Below are positions 1 to 5,806 of a stretch of DNA of 64,000 bases, in pieces; within the stretch, counting starts at the first letter, position 1, and every line of letters starts with the position of its first letter. A program made the translations under genes and the position numbers. The notes under the pieces were generated by a model. It saw only the letters and a program-made list of their open reading frames with translations, ran no database searches and had not been told where the DNA came from. This DNA comes from a virus, in the IMG/VR virus record IMGVR_UViG_3300005613_000015, positions 1 to 64,000 of that record, one strand, 5' to 3'.

Positions 1-4
1 CTTT

Positions 5-175
5 CTAAAACTCTCCTAGTTGTTTTCCAATCTTCCAAATCAGGTCTTGGATTCGGTCGTCGAGGAGCAGCCCCCAGCTGCGACGGCGCTCAAGAGTGTC
101 CCGAATCTCTTTCAGTTCCTCGAAAGCATACCGAAGTAGCTCAAGCGATTCTTCTAGTTCTTCTCGTTCATTCAT
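5..175 (-). CDS. Small early hypothetical protein (56 aa, MNEREELEES...)
   Basis: ATG at 175 overlaps the end of the upstream 52-aa ORF; charged, helical composition. Confidence 0.65.
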   Translation of the reverse strand: MNEREELEESLELLRYAFEELKEIRDTLERRRSWGLLLDDRIQDLIWKIGKQLGEF

Positions 176-326
176 CGTTATTCCTTTGCTCCTCAAAATA
201 AGCCGCTTTTTGTTCATCGGTCATCCAATAAACGACTTCCCCCTCATCATCGAGTCCACACTCGATTTTGCCTTCAGAAACAAGCATCCAGAGAGTTTTT
301 TCCAGTTCTTCGTTGATGTCTTCCAT
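168..326 (-). CDS. Small acidic early protein (52 aa, MEDINEELEKTLWMLVSEGKIECGLDDEGEVVYWMTD...), not in ORF track
   Basis: Hand-translated; ATG lies 1 nt after the HAD gene stop; fills the gap between neighbours. Confidence 0.7.
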   Translation of the reverse strand: MEDINEELEKTLWMLVSEGKIECGLDDEGEVVYWMTDEQKAAYFEEQRNNDE

Positions 327-327
327 G

Positions 328-777
328 TTAGTTGAATCGGGTGCGGGTTTCGTCGTAAAGGAACACGCCGCAGTCTACGGCGGCTTCAAGGTTAGGCTCT
401 TCGTTATCGAAGAAGTAAGTGCGGAACTTGAGAGAAAGCTCTCGAAGAAGCTCTGCTTTGTAGGCGGAGACTTCCAACCCCTTATCTCCCACACAGTAAA
501 CTTGCTGAGCGGTTACACCGTATTGAGAGAGAAGGCTCATAATCGTCTGAGCAACAATCGACTGGCGAGCGGTCAGAATGTAGACTTCGTGACCCTCATT
601 AGCGACCGTGCGAGCGAAATCGAGAAGAGGAAGCGGCTTGCTCTCAAGAGCGAGCTTTTCGCAATCGTTGAACTCGATAAAGGCATCAAGCCCTTCCGCC
701 TCTTCGTGAATCACGGCAGAGGTTTCAAAGAGGGTTCCGTCAAGGTCGAACACGAATGCTTTAGCTTCTTCTTTCAT
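328..777 (-). CDS. HAD-superfamily phosphatase (149 aa)
   Basis: Motif I FDLDGT, motif II ILTAR, Lys, motif IV FFDN; start reassigned to ATG 777, 7 nt after TATAAT. Confidence 0.85.
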   Translation of the reverse strand: MKEEAKAFVFDLDGTLFETSAVIHEEAEGLDAFIEFNDCEKLALESKPLPLLDFARTVANEGHEVYILTARQSIVAQTIMSLLSQYGVTAQQVYCVGDKGLEVSAYKAELLRELSLKFRTYFFDNEEPNLEAAVDCGVFLYDETRTRFN

Positions 778-813
778 GTGGGTCATTATACCAGACTCAG
801 GCGGTCTGGTCAA
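778..813 (-). promoter_or_regulatory. Early sigma70-type leaderless promoter (TTGACC-17-TATAAT-7-ATG)
   Basis: -35 at 808-813, extended -10 TGGTATAAT, -10 at 785-790. Confidence 0.85.
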
Positions 814-985
814 GAGATTTTTGGAGATTCTGGCGAATTTTCCGCCGAACATAGCGGGAGTCCTTCGGCTTCGCCTTGCGCGGGGACACGCGCCACAGGT
901 TGCAGCAGGTGCAGCCGAAGCCACCGATACCGTGACGGGTGCGGAGTGCCTTGTCGTTCGTAAGGTCGAATCCGTTGTTCTTCAT
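797..985 (-). CDS. Small basic Cys-containing early protein (62 aa, MKNNGFDL...CTCC...)
   Basis: ATG 985 lies 6 nt after TATAAT; Arg/Lys-rich C-terminus. Confidence 0.75.
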   Translation of the reverse strand: MKNNGFDLTNDKALRTRHGIGGFGCTCCNLWRVSPRKAKPKDSRYVRRKIRQNLQKSLDQTA

Positions 986-1019
986 GCGTGTATTATACCA
1001 CACTATCAGGGGATTGCAA
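986..1019 (-). promoter_or_regulatory. Early leaderless promoter, class A (TTGCAA-16-TATAAT-6-ATG)
   Basis: -35 at 1014-1019, -10 at 992-997. Confidence 0.85.
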
Positions 1020-1118
1020 GCCTTTCGAGGAGGAAATACAAAAGTTTTTTTGCGTGACCTCCTAAGTCCTTGCTATGCATGGGTTTACGACGGGACGGAG
1101 GCCCCCGCCAAAGGGGGT
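1014..1118. repeat. About 100-bp dispersed repeat upstream of class A promoter, copy 1
   Basis: Aligns with 1733-1835 and 2692-2786; contains A/T tract, 25-bp TAA-N19-TTA element (1063-1087) and GC hairpin (1101-1118). Confidence 0.9.
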
Positions 1119-1151
1119 GTAGACCCTCAAACTCGGGCGCTATTGGCCGAT

Positions 1152-1424
1152 TCAGTTCCAGTCGTCGTAGCTGTAGGAGTCGTCATCTCCCCAGCCAGCC
1201 GAGGTGAAAGCGGACTCGTCATCCCCATCGTTGCAATCGGGTTCTTGCGAGAAGGACACGCCCTTGTCGCAGGTGCAGGCGACTTTATCGCCGTAGTCGT
1301 CGTAATCGTACCCCGTATCGTTGCAGCGGTTGCACTCGAAAGGGGTCCAGTTCTGGGAAGCCTCGAAGGTTTCGAGGTAACGGAAATCGCCTTCGTACTG
1401 GCTAAAAGTGTTGTCGTTCATCAT
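1152..1424 (-). CDS. Highly acidic small early protein with CxxC/CxC (90 aa)
   Basis: ATG 1424 lies 6 nt after TATAAT; Asp/Tyr-rich. Confidence 0.8.
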   Translation of the reverse strand: MMNDNTFSQYEGDFRYLETFEASQNWTPFECNRCNDTGYDYDDYGDKVACTCDKGVSFSQEPDCNDGDDESAFTSAGWGDDDSYSYDDWN

Positions 1425-1459
1425 GCGTGTATTATACCAGAGGTTAGTGAGGTTGTCCA
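1425..1459 (-). promoter_or_regulatory. Early leaderless promoter, class B (TGGACA-17-TATAAT-6-ATG)
   Basis: -35 at 1454-1459, -10 at 1431-1436. Confidence 0.85.
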
Positions 1460-1461
1460 GT

Positions 1462-1704
1462 CTATTCTTCGGAATCTTCCGAAAAAATATCATCCTGGCA
1501 GGACTGGCACATCCCCGAAATCTTGTATTCGGCCAGGGAGAGCGCATCGCGCCAGTAGCCACCATCGCCAGGGTAGGCGTCATGGGCAGGGATGCCCTCT
1601 TGGTCACAGGTGACGCACCATCCCCGCTCGATGCACTCGACACGGTTGGAGCCAGTAAGGTTGAAGGAGACGTCGAGCACGGGCGCTTTGTCGGTTGCTT
1701 TCAT
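1462..1704 (-). CDS. Small putative Zn-binding early protein (80 aa; CVTC...CQSC)
   Basis: Two CxxC pairs; ATG 1704 lies 6 nt after TATAAT. Confidence 0.8.
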   Translation of the reverse strand: MKATDKAPVLDVSFNLTGSNRVECIERGWCVTCDQEGIPAHDAYPGDGGYWRDALSLAEYKISGMCQSCQDDIFSEDSEE

Positions 1705-1738
1705 GGGTGTATTATACCACATCCTCGCAGGATTGCAA
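1705..1738 (-). promoter_or_regulatory. Early leaderless promoter, class A (TTGCAA-16-TATAAT-6-ATG)
   Basis: -35 at 1733-1738, -10 at 1711-1716. Confidence 0.85.
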
Positions 1739-1835
1739 GCCTTTCGAGGAGGAAATAAAAAGTTTTTTTGCTTGACCTTGTAAGTTCTTGCTATTCATGG
1801 GTTTACGGCGAGCGGGTGGCCCCCCGCAAGGGGGC
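1733..1835. repeat. About 100-bp dispersed repeat upstream of class A promoter, copy 2
   Basis: 25-bp element at 1781-1805; CCCCC-GCAA-GGGGG hairpin at 1821-1834. Confidence 0.9.
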
Positions 1836-1838
1836 GCG

Positions 1839-2033
1839 TCAAGCAGAAAACCCCAATTCTTGAAGGTCTTTTTCAATTTCTTCGGCGCAAGGCTTACAGC
1901 AGTCCGTGTAGCCGTTACGGGCTTTCTCGGTCACGGAAAGGTTTTGTTCGCACACTTGGCAGGTGAACCACGTTTGCGCGAGCTTGGTTTGGTCTGCCAG
2001 CCACTCGGAGTAGTGTAGGTCGTTGTAACTCAT
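1839..2033 (-). CDS. Small putative Zn-finger protein (64 aa; CQVC...CCKPC)
   Basis: TAATG-coupled to the upstream gene; Cys pairs. Confidence 0.75.
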   Translation of the reverse strand: MSYNDLHYSEWLADQTKLAQTWFTCQVCEQNLSVTEKARNGYTDCCKPCAEEIEKDLQELGFSA

Positions 2034-2305
2034 TATTCGTTAGAGGTATCCTCTTGCCGTTGAAGAATAGGGTGAAGTCGGTTAGAATACTCCAACTTAC
2101 CATAGTAGTAGTCGTAGTTATTCATAACTCGGATTCGAGCATCCGTAAGCGTACGAACGTCTTGAATGTTCAGGTAGATTCGATTAGGACCCATCGAGGG
2201 GATGGACACCTGATAAGCTCGCTCGCGGTCTTTGCGTTCCGCGATGACGATTTCGCCTACCATGTAAATGCTTTCGAGAGGAGCGGTATTCATGTCGTTT
2301 TTCAT
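2033..2305 (-). CDS. Early hypothetical protein (90 aa, MKNDMNTAPL...)
   Basis: ATG 2305 lies 6 nt after TATAAT. Confidence 0.75.
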   Translation of the reverse strand: MKNDMNTAPLESIYMVGEIVIAERKDRERAYQVSIPSMGPNRIYLNIQDVRTLTDARIRVMNNYDYYYGKLEYSNRLHPILQRQEDTSNE

Positions 2306-2340
2306 GCGTGTATTATACCAGATGGGAGAGGGTTTGTCCA
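2306..2340 (-). promoter_or_regulatory. Early leaderless promoter, class B (TGGACA-17-TATAAT-6-ATG)
   Basis: -35 at 2335-2340, -10 at 2312-2317. Confidence 0.85.
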
Positions 2341-2357
2341 GAGGAAACTTGAGAAAG

Positions 2358-2528
2358 TTAGAGGATGGGACGCTCTTCGACCTCAACCTCAGCGTTAGGC
2401 CATTCAGCCATAAGCTCAGCCTGACGGACAAGCGCGGTCGCCTTAGCGGCGTGGAGACTGTCCAGAACCTCCTCAGAGGAGCTAAGGGAGATGAGGACGA
2501 CGAACACGGTGAGAGGGGTGTCTTTCAT
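2358..2528 (-). CDS. Small early protein (56 aa, MKDTPLTVFVVLISLSSSEEVLDSLHAAKATALVRQAELMAEWPNAEVEVEERPIL), not in ORF track
   Basis: Hand-translated; fills the space between two promoters. Confidence 0.75.
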   Translation of the reverse strand: MKDTPLTVFVVLISLSSSEEVLDSLHAAKATALVRQAELMAEWPNAEVEVEERPIL

Positions 2529-2563
2529 GGGTGTATTATACCAGAGGGAAGAGGGTTTGTCCA
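2529..2563 (-). promoter_or_regulatory. Early leaderless promoter, class B (TGGACA-17-TATAAT-6-ATG)
   Basis: -35 at 2558-2563, -10 at 2535-2540. Confidence 0.85.
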
Positions 2564-2570
2564 GAGAAAA

Positions 2571-2663
2571 CTACAGAAAAGCTGCGAGTTGGTACAGAAA
2601 CAGAATCGCCAAGCCAAGACCGATGAGTTCGAGGACTTCGAGGAGGAGCTTCGTTTTCTTCAT
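2571..2663 (-). CDS. 30-aa membrane peptide (MKKTKLLLEVLELIGLGLAILFLYQLAAFL), not in ORF track
   Basis: Own promoter 6 nt upstream; basic N-terminus followed by a hydrophobic helix. Confidence 0.7.
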   Translation of the reverse strand: MKKTKLLLEVLELIGLGLAILFLYQLAAFL

Positions 2664-2697
2664 GTGTGTATTATACCACACTTCCGAGAGAATGCAA
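2664..2697 (-). promoter_or_regulatory. Early leaderless promoter, class A (TTGCAT-16-TATAAT-6-ATG)
   Basis: -35 at 2692-2697, -10 at 2670-2675. Confidence 0.85.
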
Positions 2698-2786
2698 GCC
2701 TTTCAAGGAGGAAATAAAAAAGTTTTTTTGCATGACCTTGTAAGTTCTTGCTATTCATAGGTTTACGGCTCGCCGGGGGCCGCCGT
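2692..2786. repeat. About 100-bp dispersed repeat upstream of class A promoter, copy 3
   Basis: 25-bp element at 2741-2765; nearly identical to copy 2 over about 70 bp. Confidence 0.9.
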
Positions 2787-2808
2787 CAAGAAAATTTTGG
2801 ATTTTTTT

Positions 2809-2901
2809 CTAGCGGTCTTGCTCGCCTTGTGAGGCGGCTACGCACAAGGACCAAGCGACGAACGCTAGGCCAGCGCAGATGATTCCGAGAGCAACTAGCA
2901 T
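2809..2901 (-). CDS. 30-aa membrane peptide (MLVALGIICAGLAFVAWSLCVAASQGEQDR), not in ORF track
   Basis: ATG overlaps the upstream stop (ATGCTAG); hydrophobic helix. Confidence 0.55.
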   Translation of the reverse strand: MLVALGIICAGLAFVAWSLCVAASQGEQDR

Positions 2902-3122
2902 CCTGCGTAGGCGCTCTGCGTAGCTCGCCAGGGCTTCATCAGGCTACCGTTGTGGTTGCCGTAGTGCTTGCCGCACTTCATGCGAGGAAGCGACTGGCGA
3001 AGGCTGATGTAATGCTCCAGCAGAGCCAGGACGAGCTTGTTCTCGCTCGGAAGCGCCTTGTAGGTGAGGGCGAAGAGGGAACCGATGAGGTGAGAGTAGA
3101 CGTTGATGATGTCGTTTTTCAT
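2895..3122 (-). CDS. Early hypothetical protein (75 aa, MKNDIINVYSH...)
   Basis: ATG 3122 lies 6 nt after TATAAT. Confidence 0.7.
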   Translation of the reverse strand: MKNDIINVYSHLIGSLFALTYKALPSENKLVLALLEHYISLRQSLPRMKCGKHYGNHNGSLMKPWRATQSAYAGC

Positions 3123-3157
3123 GTGTGTATTATACCACGGGTTAGAGAGTTTGTCCA
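3123..3157 (-). promoter_or_regulatory. Early leaderless promoter, class B (TGGACA-17-TATAAT-6-ATG)
   Basis: -35 at 3152-3157, -10 at 3129-3134. Confidence 0.85.
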
Positions 3158-3175
3158 GAGGAAACTTGGATTTTT

Positions 3176-3322
3176 TCAAAAAGAGGGGAGCATCCGAATA
3201 AGCTCCGCAGCGCGCAGCGCAATCGTAGCGCATACCGTCAGGGCGAGAGCGAGGACATCCGAGAACATAACCGTAAGAACGCCCAACAAGACCCATTTGA
3301 TGATTTTTCCGTTTTTCTTCAT
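3176..3322 (-). CDS. 48-aa membrane peptide (MKKNGKIIKWVLLGVLTVMFSDVLALALTVCATIALRAAELIRMLPSF), not in ORF track
   Basis: Own promoter; basic N-terminus followed by a long hydrophobic stretch. Confidence 0.7.
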   Translation of the reverse strand: MKKNGKIIKWVLLGVLTVMFSDVLALALTVCATIALRAAELIRMLPSF

Positions 3323-3356
3323 GCGTACATTATACCACGTTCTTATAGGATTGCAA
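3323..3356 (-). promoter_or_regulatory. Early leaderless promoter, class A (TTGCAA-16-TATAAT-6-ATG); first of the array
   Basis: -35 at 3351-3356, -10 at 3329-3334; diverged 25-bp TAA-N19-TTACG element at 3383-3407. Confidence 0.85.
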
Positions 3357-3487
3357 GCACTTTTTGAAGAAATATGTCCTCCTAACCCCCTGGGGGGTAG
3401 GCACTTACGTCACCGGAGAATTTCGCGTTTTTTGGTACCATAGACGCAGCGGTTTGCGTATTACTTCCCGAAGGTTCATCTTTGTAA

Positions 3488-3653
3488 GGGACTCCTAAAA
3501 ACAAACAAACTCTAAAATAAAAAAATAACTCATGGGACTCCTAAATAACTACATGGAATCTTCAGTAAAAGAGCTACTAGCTGAAAAAGCTAAAGGCAAA
3601 AAATGCGAAGAAGATGAAAAAGTCTTCGCACTGCCGGGAGTGGGACTGCTAAA
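3488..3653 (+). repeat. Three direct repeats GGGACT(C/G)CTAAA
   Basis: 3488-3499, 3534-3545, 3642-3653; the last two run into CTAAATA late-promoter-like motifs. Confidence 0.75.
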
Positions 3654-3684
3654 TAATATGAGGTTTTATTTATGTCAGATATAG
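3553..3684 (+). CDS. Possible 43-aa protein (MESSVKELLAEKAKGKK...)
   Basis: ATG 5 nt after CTAAATA; N-terminus loosely resembles that of the 4918 protein. Confidence 0.35.
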   Translation: MESSVKELLAEKAKGKKCEEDEKVFALPGVGLLNNMRFYLCQI

Positions 3685-4280
3685 GAAGAATATGGGATGG
3701 TTATTGCACACTAACCGTTCAAGCAATTATAAGCATTTATGAGAAAGAGATACCGGGCAATCCTGGAAGCCCTCCAGCTAAAACATGGAGAGTAAACATT
3801 AGGCTCATAGCTATAACAAGATGCGAAGAAAAAGAAGGCTGGAAAGGTAGTCGGGTTAGAATGGCGAATGAGGTGACAGACAAGACCGCGCAGGCGACTA
3901 TAGCGAAGCGTACAATATGCTCGATGTGCGATACCTCTTGTGGAGAGGAGACTATAGGAGTGTGGAACCTAAGTGATAAGGGAAGCGGCAATCTTCCAGC
4001 AAGATTTCGTAGGCTAAGAAATTCTTTAAACGGACAGTGTTTTGAGGAGGGCGGCGAGCCTTTAGGAAGTGAAAGTTTACGGAATAGAATTGGTCCCGAT
4101 AACCGCAGAGGAGAGGATGTTATTCAAGATATAGGTGGTGCGCTTGAAGAACTTATGGGAGATGCGACTATAGCGAGTGTAATACCTGACTGTGATTCTA
4201 GTTCTTGTGCCTGTGGTGATGAAGACCCCCCGCAAGTTTTTGGACTTGCAAACACAACATTCCCAAGCATAGTGGACTAA
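3672..4280 (+). CDS. Cys-rich hypothetical protein (202 aa)
   Basis: Long ORF downstream of CTAAATA at 3649-3655. Confidence 0.7.
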   Translation: MSDIGRIWDGYCTLTVQAIISIYEKEIPGNPGSPPAKTWRVNIRLIAITRCEEKEGWKGSRVRMANEVTDKTAQATIAKRTICSMCDTSCGEETIGVWNLSDKGSGNLPARFRRLRNSLNGQCFEEGGEPLGSESLRNRIGPDNRRGEDVIQDIGGALEELMGDATIASVIPDCDSSSCACGDEDPPQVFGLANTTFPSIVD

Positions 4281-4302
4281 ATAATAATAAGGAGAAACCC
4301 CA

Positions 4303-4863
4303 ATGCCCATTCAACCTATTTCTGCCATCCCTGCAACCAACCCTTCCTTTCAGTATTCTGCTTCTTCAACAAGTGGAGCAGATTATATTGCACACTATCA
4401 GTACCTTAATGGTACTTGGCAACGCAAGTGGGTGTATGGCTCTGTACCCACTGGAACCTCTGGTCCTCCTACAATGTCTTACAGCTACATTGAGTTGTAC
4501 TTATCAGTATCCGTTGATACCTCTCTACTAGAAGATATTCAGTTGTCGGGTACGGGTCCATATATTATCAAACATAACGTCGATTATGATTCCGATAGCT
4601 CGGCAGGTGGGTTCGGTACGTCAGGAATATTTTACACTAGCCAAGCCGGGGTTGTATTAACCTTGGCTCCTTCGGGAACGACATCTGCTGATGTTAGTGG
4701 TAGCTGTACTAAAACATTCACATTGAGAACTGCCTTACAGCAAGGTGGTTATAATGAGTCGTTAGATACTAGTGGAAGCCTTGGCCCGTACTTCACGCAA
4801 GATGTTGTTGGAGCAGCAAAAAGGCTATGTAGAGACTTCAGAGTTGACCTACTTGACATTTAA
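4303..4863 (+). CDS. Ser/Thr/Gly-rich hypothetical, possibly virion-associated (186 aa)
   Basis: CTAAATA at 4277-4283 and AGGAG SD upstream. Confidence 0.75.
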   Translation: MPIQPISAIPATNPSFQYSASSTSGADYIAHYQYLNGTWQRKWVYGSVPTGTSGPPTMSYSYIELYLSVSVDTSLLEDIQLSGTGPYIIKHNVDYDSDSSAGGFGTSGIFYTSQAGVVLTLAPSGTTSADVSGSCTKTFTLRTALQQGGYNESLDTSGSLGPYFTQDVVGAAKRLCRDFRVDLLDI

Positions 4864-4917
4864 AAAGTAGGCGTAGTGTTAAAATGAGCTACCCCTCCTG
4901 CACCTGCGTTTATAAGA

Positions 4918-5340
4918 ATGGAATCTACATTTAAAGAAGCTCTTATGGAAGCTCTGAAGAAAAAGAGCAAGAAGAGAATGAAGAAGTCCTCTCGTTGTTG
5001 GGCGGGGTACAAGCCAACTCCAGGAAAGGAACCCTTCTCGAAAGGTTCCTGTATGCCCGAAGCGAAGACTCCTGCATGGCAGAGAAAGGCTGGAAAGAGT
5101 GAAGAAGGTGGATTAAATGATGCTGGTATTAAATCCTATCGTGCTGCCAACCCTGGTTCCAAGCTCAAGAAAGCAGTAACAACCAAACCAAGCAAACTCA
5201 AAAAAGGTTCAAAATCTGCTAAGCGCCGCAAATCATTTTGCTCGCGTATGGGCGGCATGAAGAAGCGTCTCACTTCCAAGAAAACTGCGAGCGACCCGAA
5301 CAGCCGTATCAATAAGGCACTCAGAAAGTGGAATTGTTAA
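4918..5340 (+). CDS. Very basic conserved phage protein (recalled as DUF6321-like)
   Basis: AWQRKAGK..GGLN..G..SY; RRKSFCSRMGGMK; DPNSRINKALRKWNC, a motif set familiar from aquatic phages. Confidence 0.75.
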   Translation: MESTFKEALMEALKKKSKKRMKKSSRCWAGYKPTPGKEPFSKGSCMPEAKTPAWQRKAGKSEEGGLNDAGIKSYRAANPGSKLKKAVTTKPSKLKKGSKSAKRRKSFCSRMGGMKKRLTSKKTASDPNSRINKALRKWNC

Positions 5341-5742
5341 ATGGTTTCCTATCCCCCGTCTTTTGTTGATGAATACTCCTATTCGATGCCAGCATACACC
5401 TCTGGCCTTTCTGCTACTTTTAATGTAGTAGGAACCTCAGCAATTTTTGACGGGTTGAGTGCTGTAGAAGGTCACTCATATGCCATTTTCGGATGGCAAG
5501 CAGTTTTCGATACAGCAAGCGATAATGACAAGGGGCATCTCATTCTTAAACTTACCTGTAATCTTGGAACTTGTGCGGGATTAATGCATTGTTCAGATGA
5601 CGATAATACGGTAGTGATGTTGCCTCAACCGTTGCGCCTGCCTTCTGGGTCTGGAGTATATCGAGTGACGGTTGCAAATAAACTAAAATCAGGAACTAGC
5701 ATTCATCTCAATGTTTTCTATGCTCTGGTTCCTGACCGCTAA
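5341..5742 (+). CDS. Hypothetical protein (133 aa)
   Basis: ORF abuts the upstream stop. Confidence 0.7.
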   Translation: MVSYPPSFVDEYSYSMPAYTSGLSATFNVVGTSAIFDGLSAVEGHSYAIFGWQAVFDTASDNDKGHLILKLTCNLGTCAGLMHCSDDDNTVVMLPQPLRLPSGSGVYRVTVANKLKSGTSIHLNVFYALVPDR

Positions 5743-5755
5743 GCAGGGAGAAAGA

Positions 5756-5804
5756 GTTACGTAGAGCATACCTCAACGCTCGGCCATGTATGCTTCGTCG
5801 TAAC
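5756..5804. terminator. Hairpin between convergent genes
   Basis: GTTACG/CGTAAC and GAGCATAC/GTATGCTT arms; no U-tract. Confidence 0.4.
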
Positions 5805-5806
5805 GG

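Noticed and set aside
1027-2712. AGGAGG in the class A repeat as a ribosome-binding site or anti-SD decoy
   Set aside because: It is on the non-coding strand with no suitably spaced start; a decoy role has no support, and key late genes use SDs
797-3296. ORF-track N-terminal extensions containing WYNT(R/P/H)M as a shared protein motif
   Set aside because: This is just the translation of TGGTATAATACACGCATG; the true starts are the ATGs after the -10 box
770-3360. CRISPR array interpretation of the recurring CATGCGTGTATTATACCA repeat
   Set aside because: Spacing is irregular (135-600 bp), the intervening DNA is coding, and the repeat is a promoter plus start codon on the minus strand
96-3443. 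Plus-strand ORFs over the early region (e.g. 268-963, 939-1613, 2952-3443)
   Set aside because: Antisense shadows of minus-strand genes; they cross promoters and have no recognisable motifs
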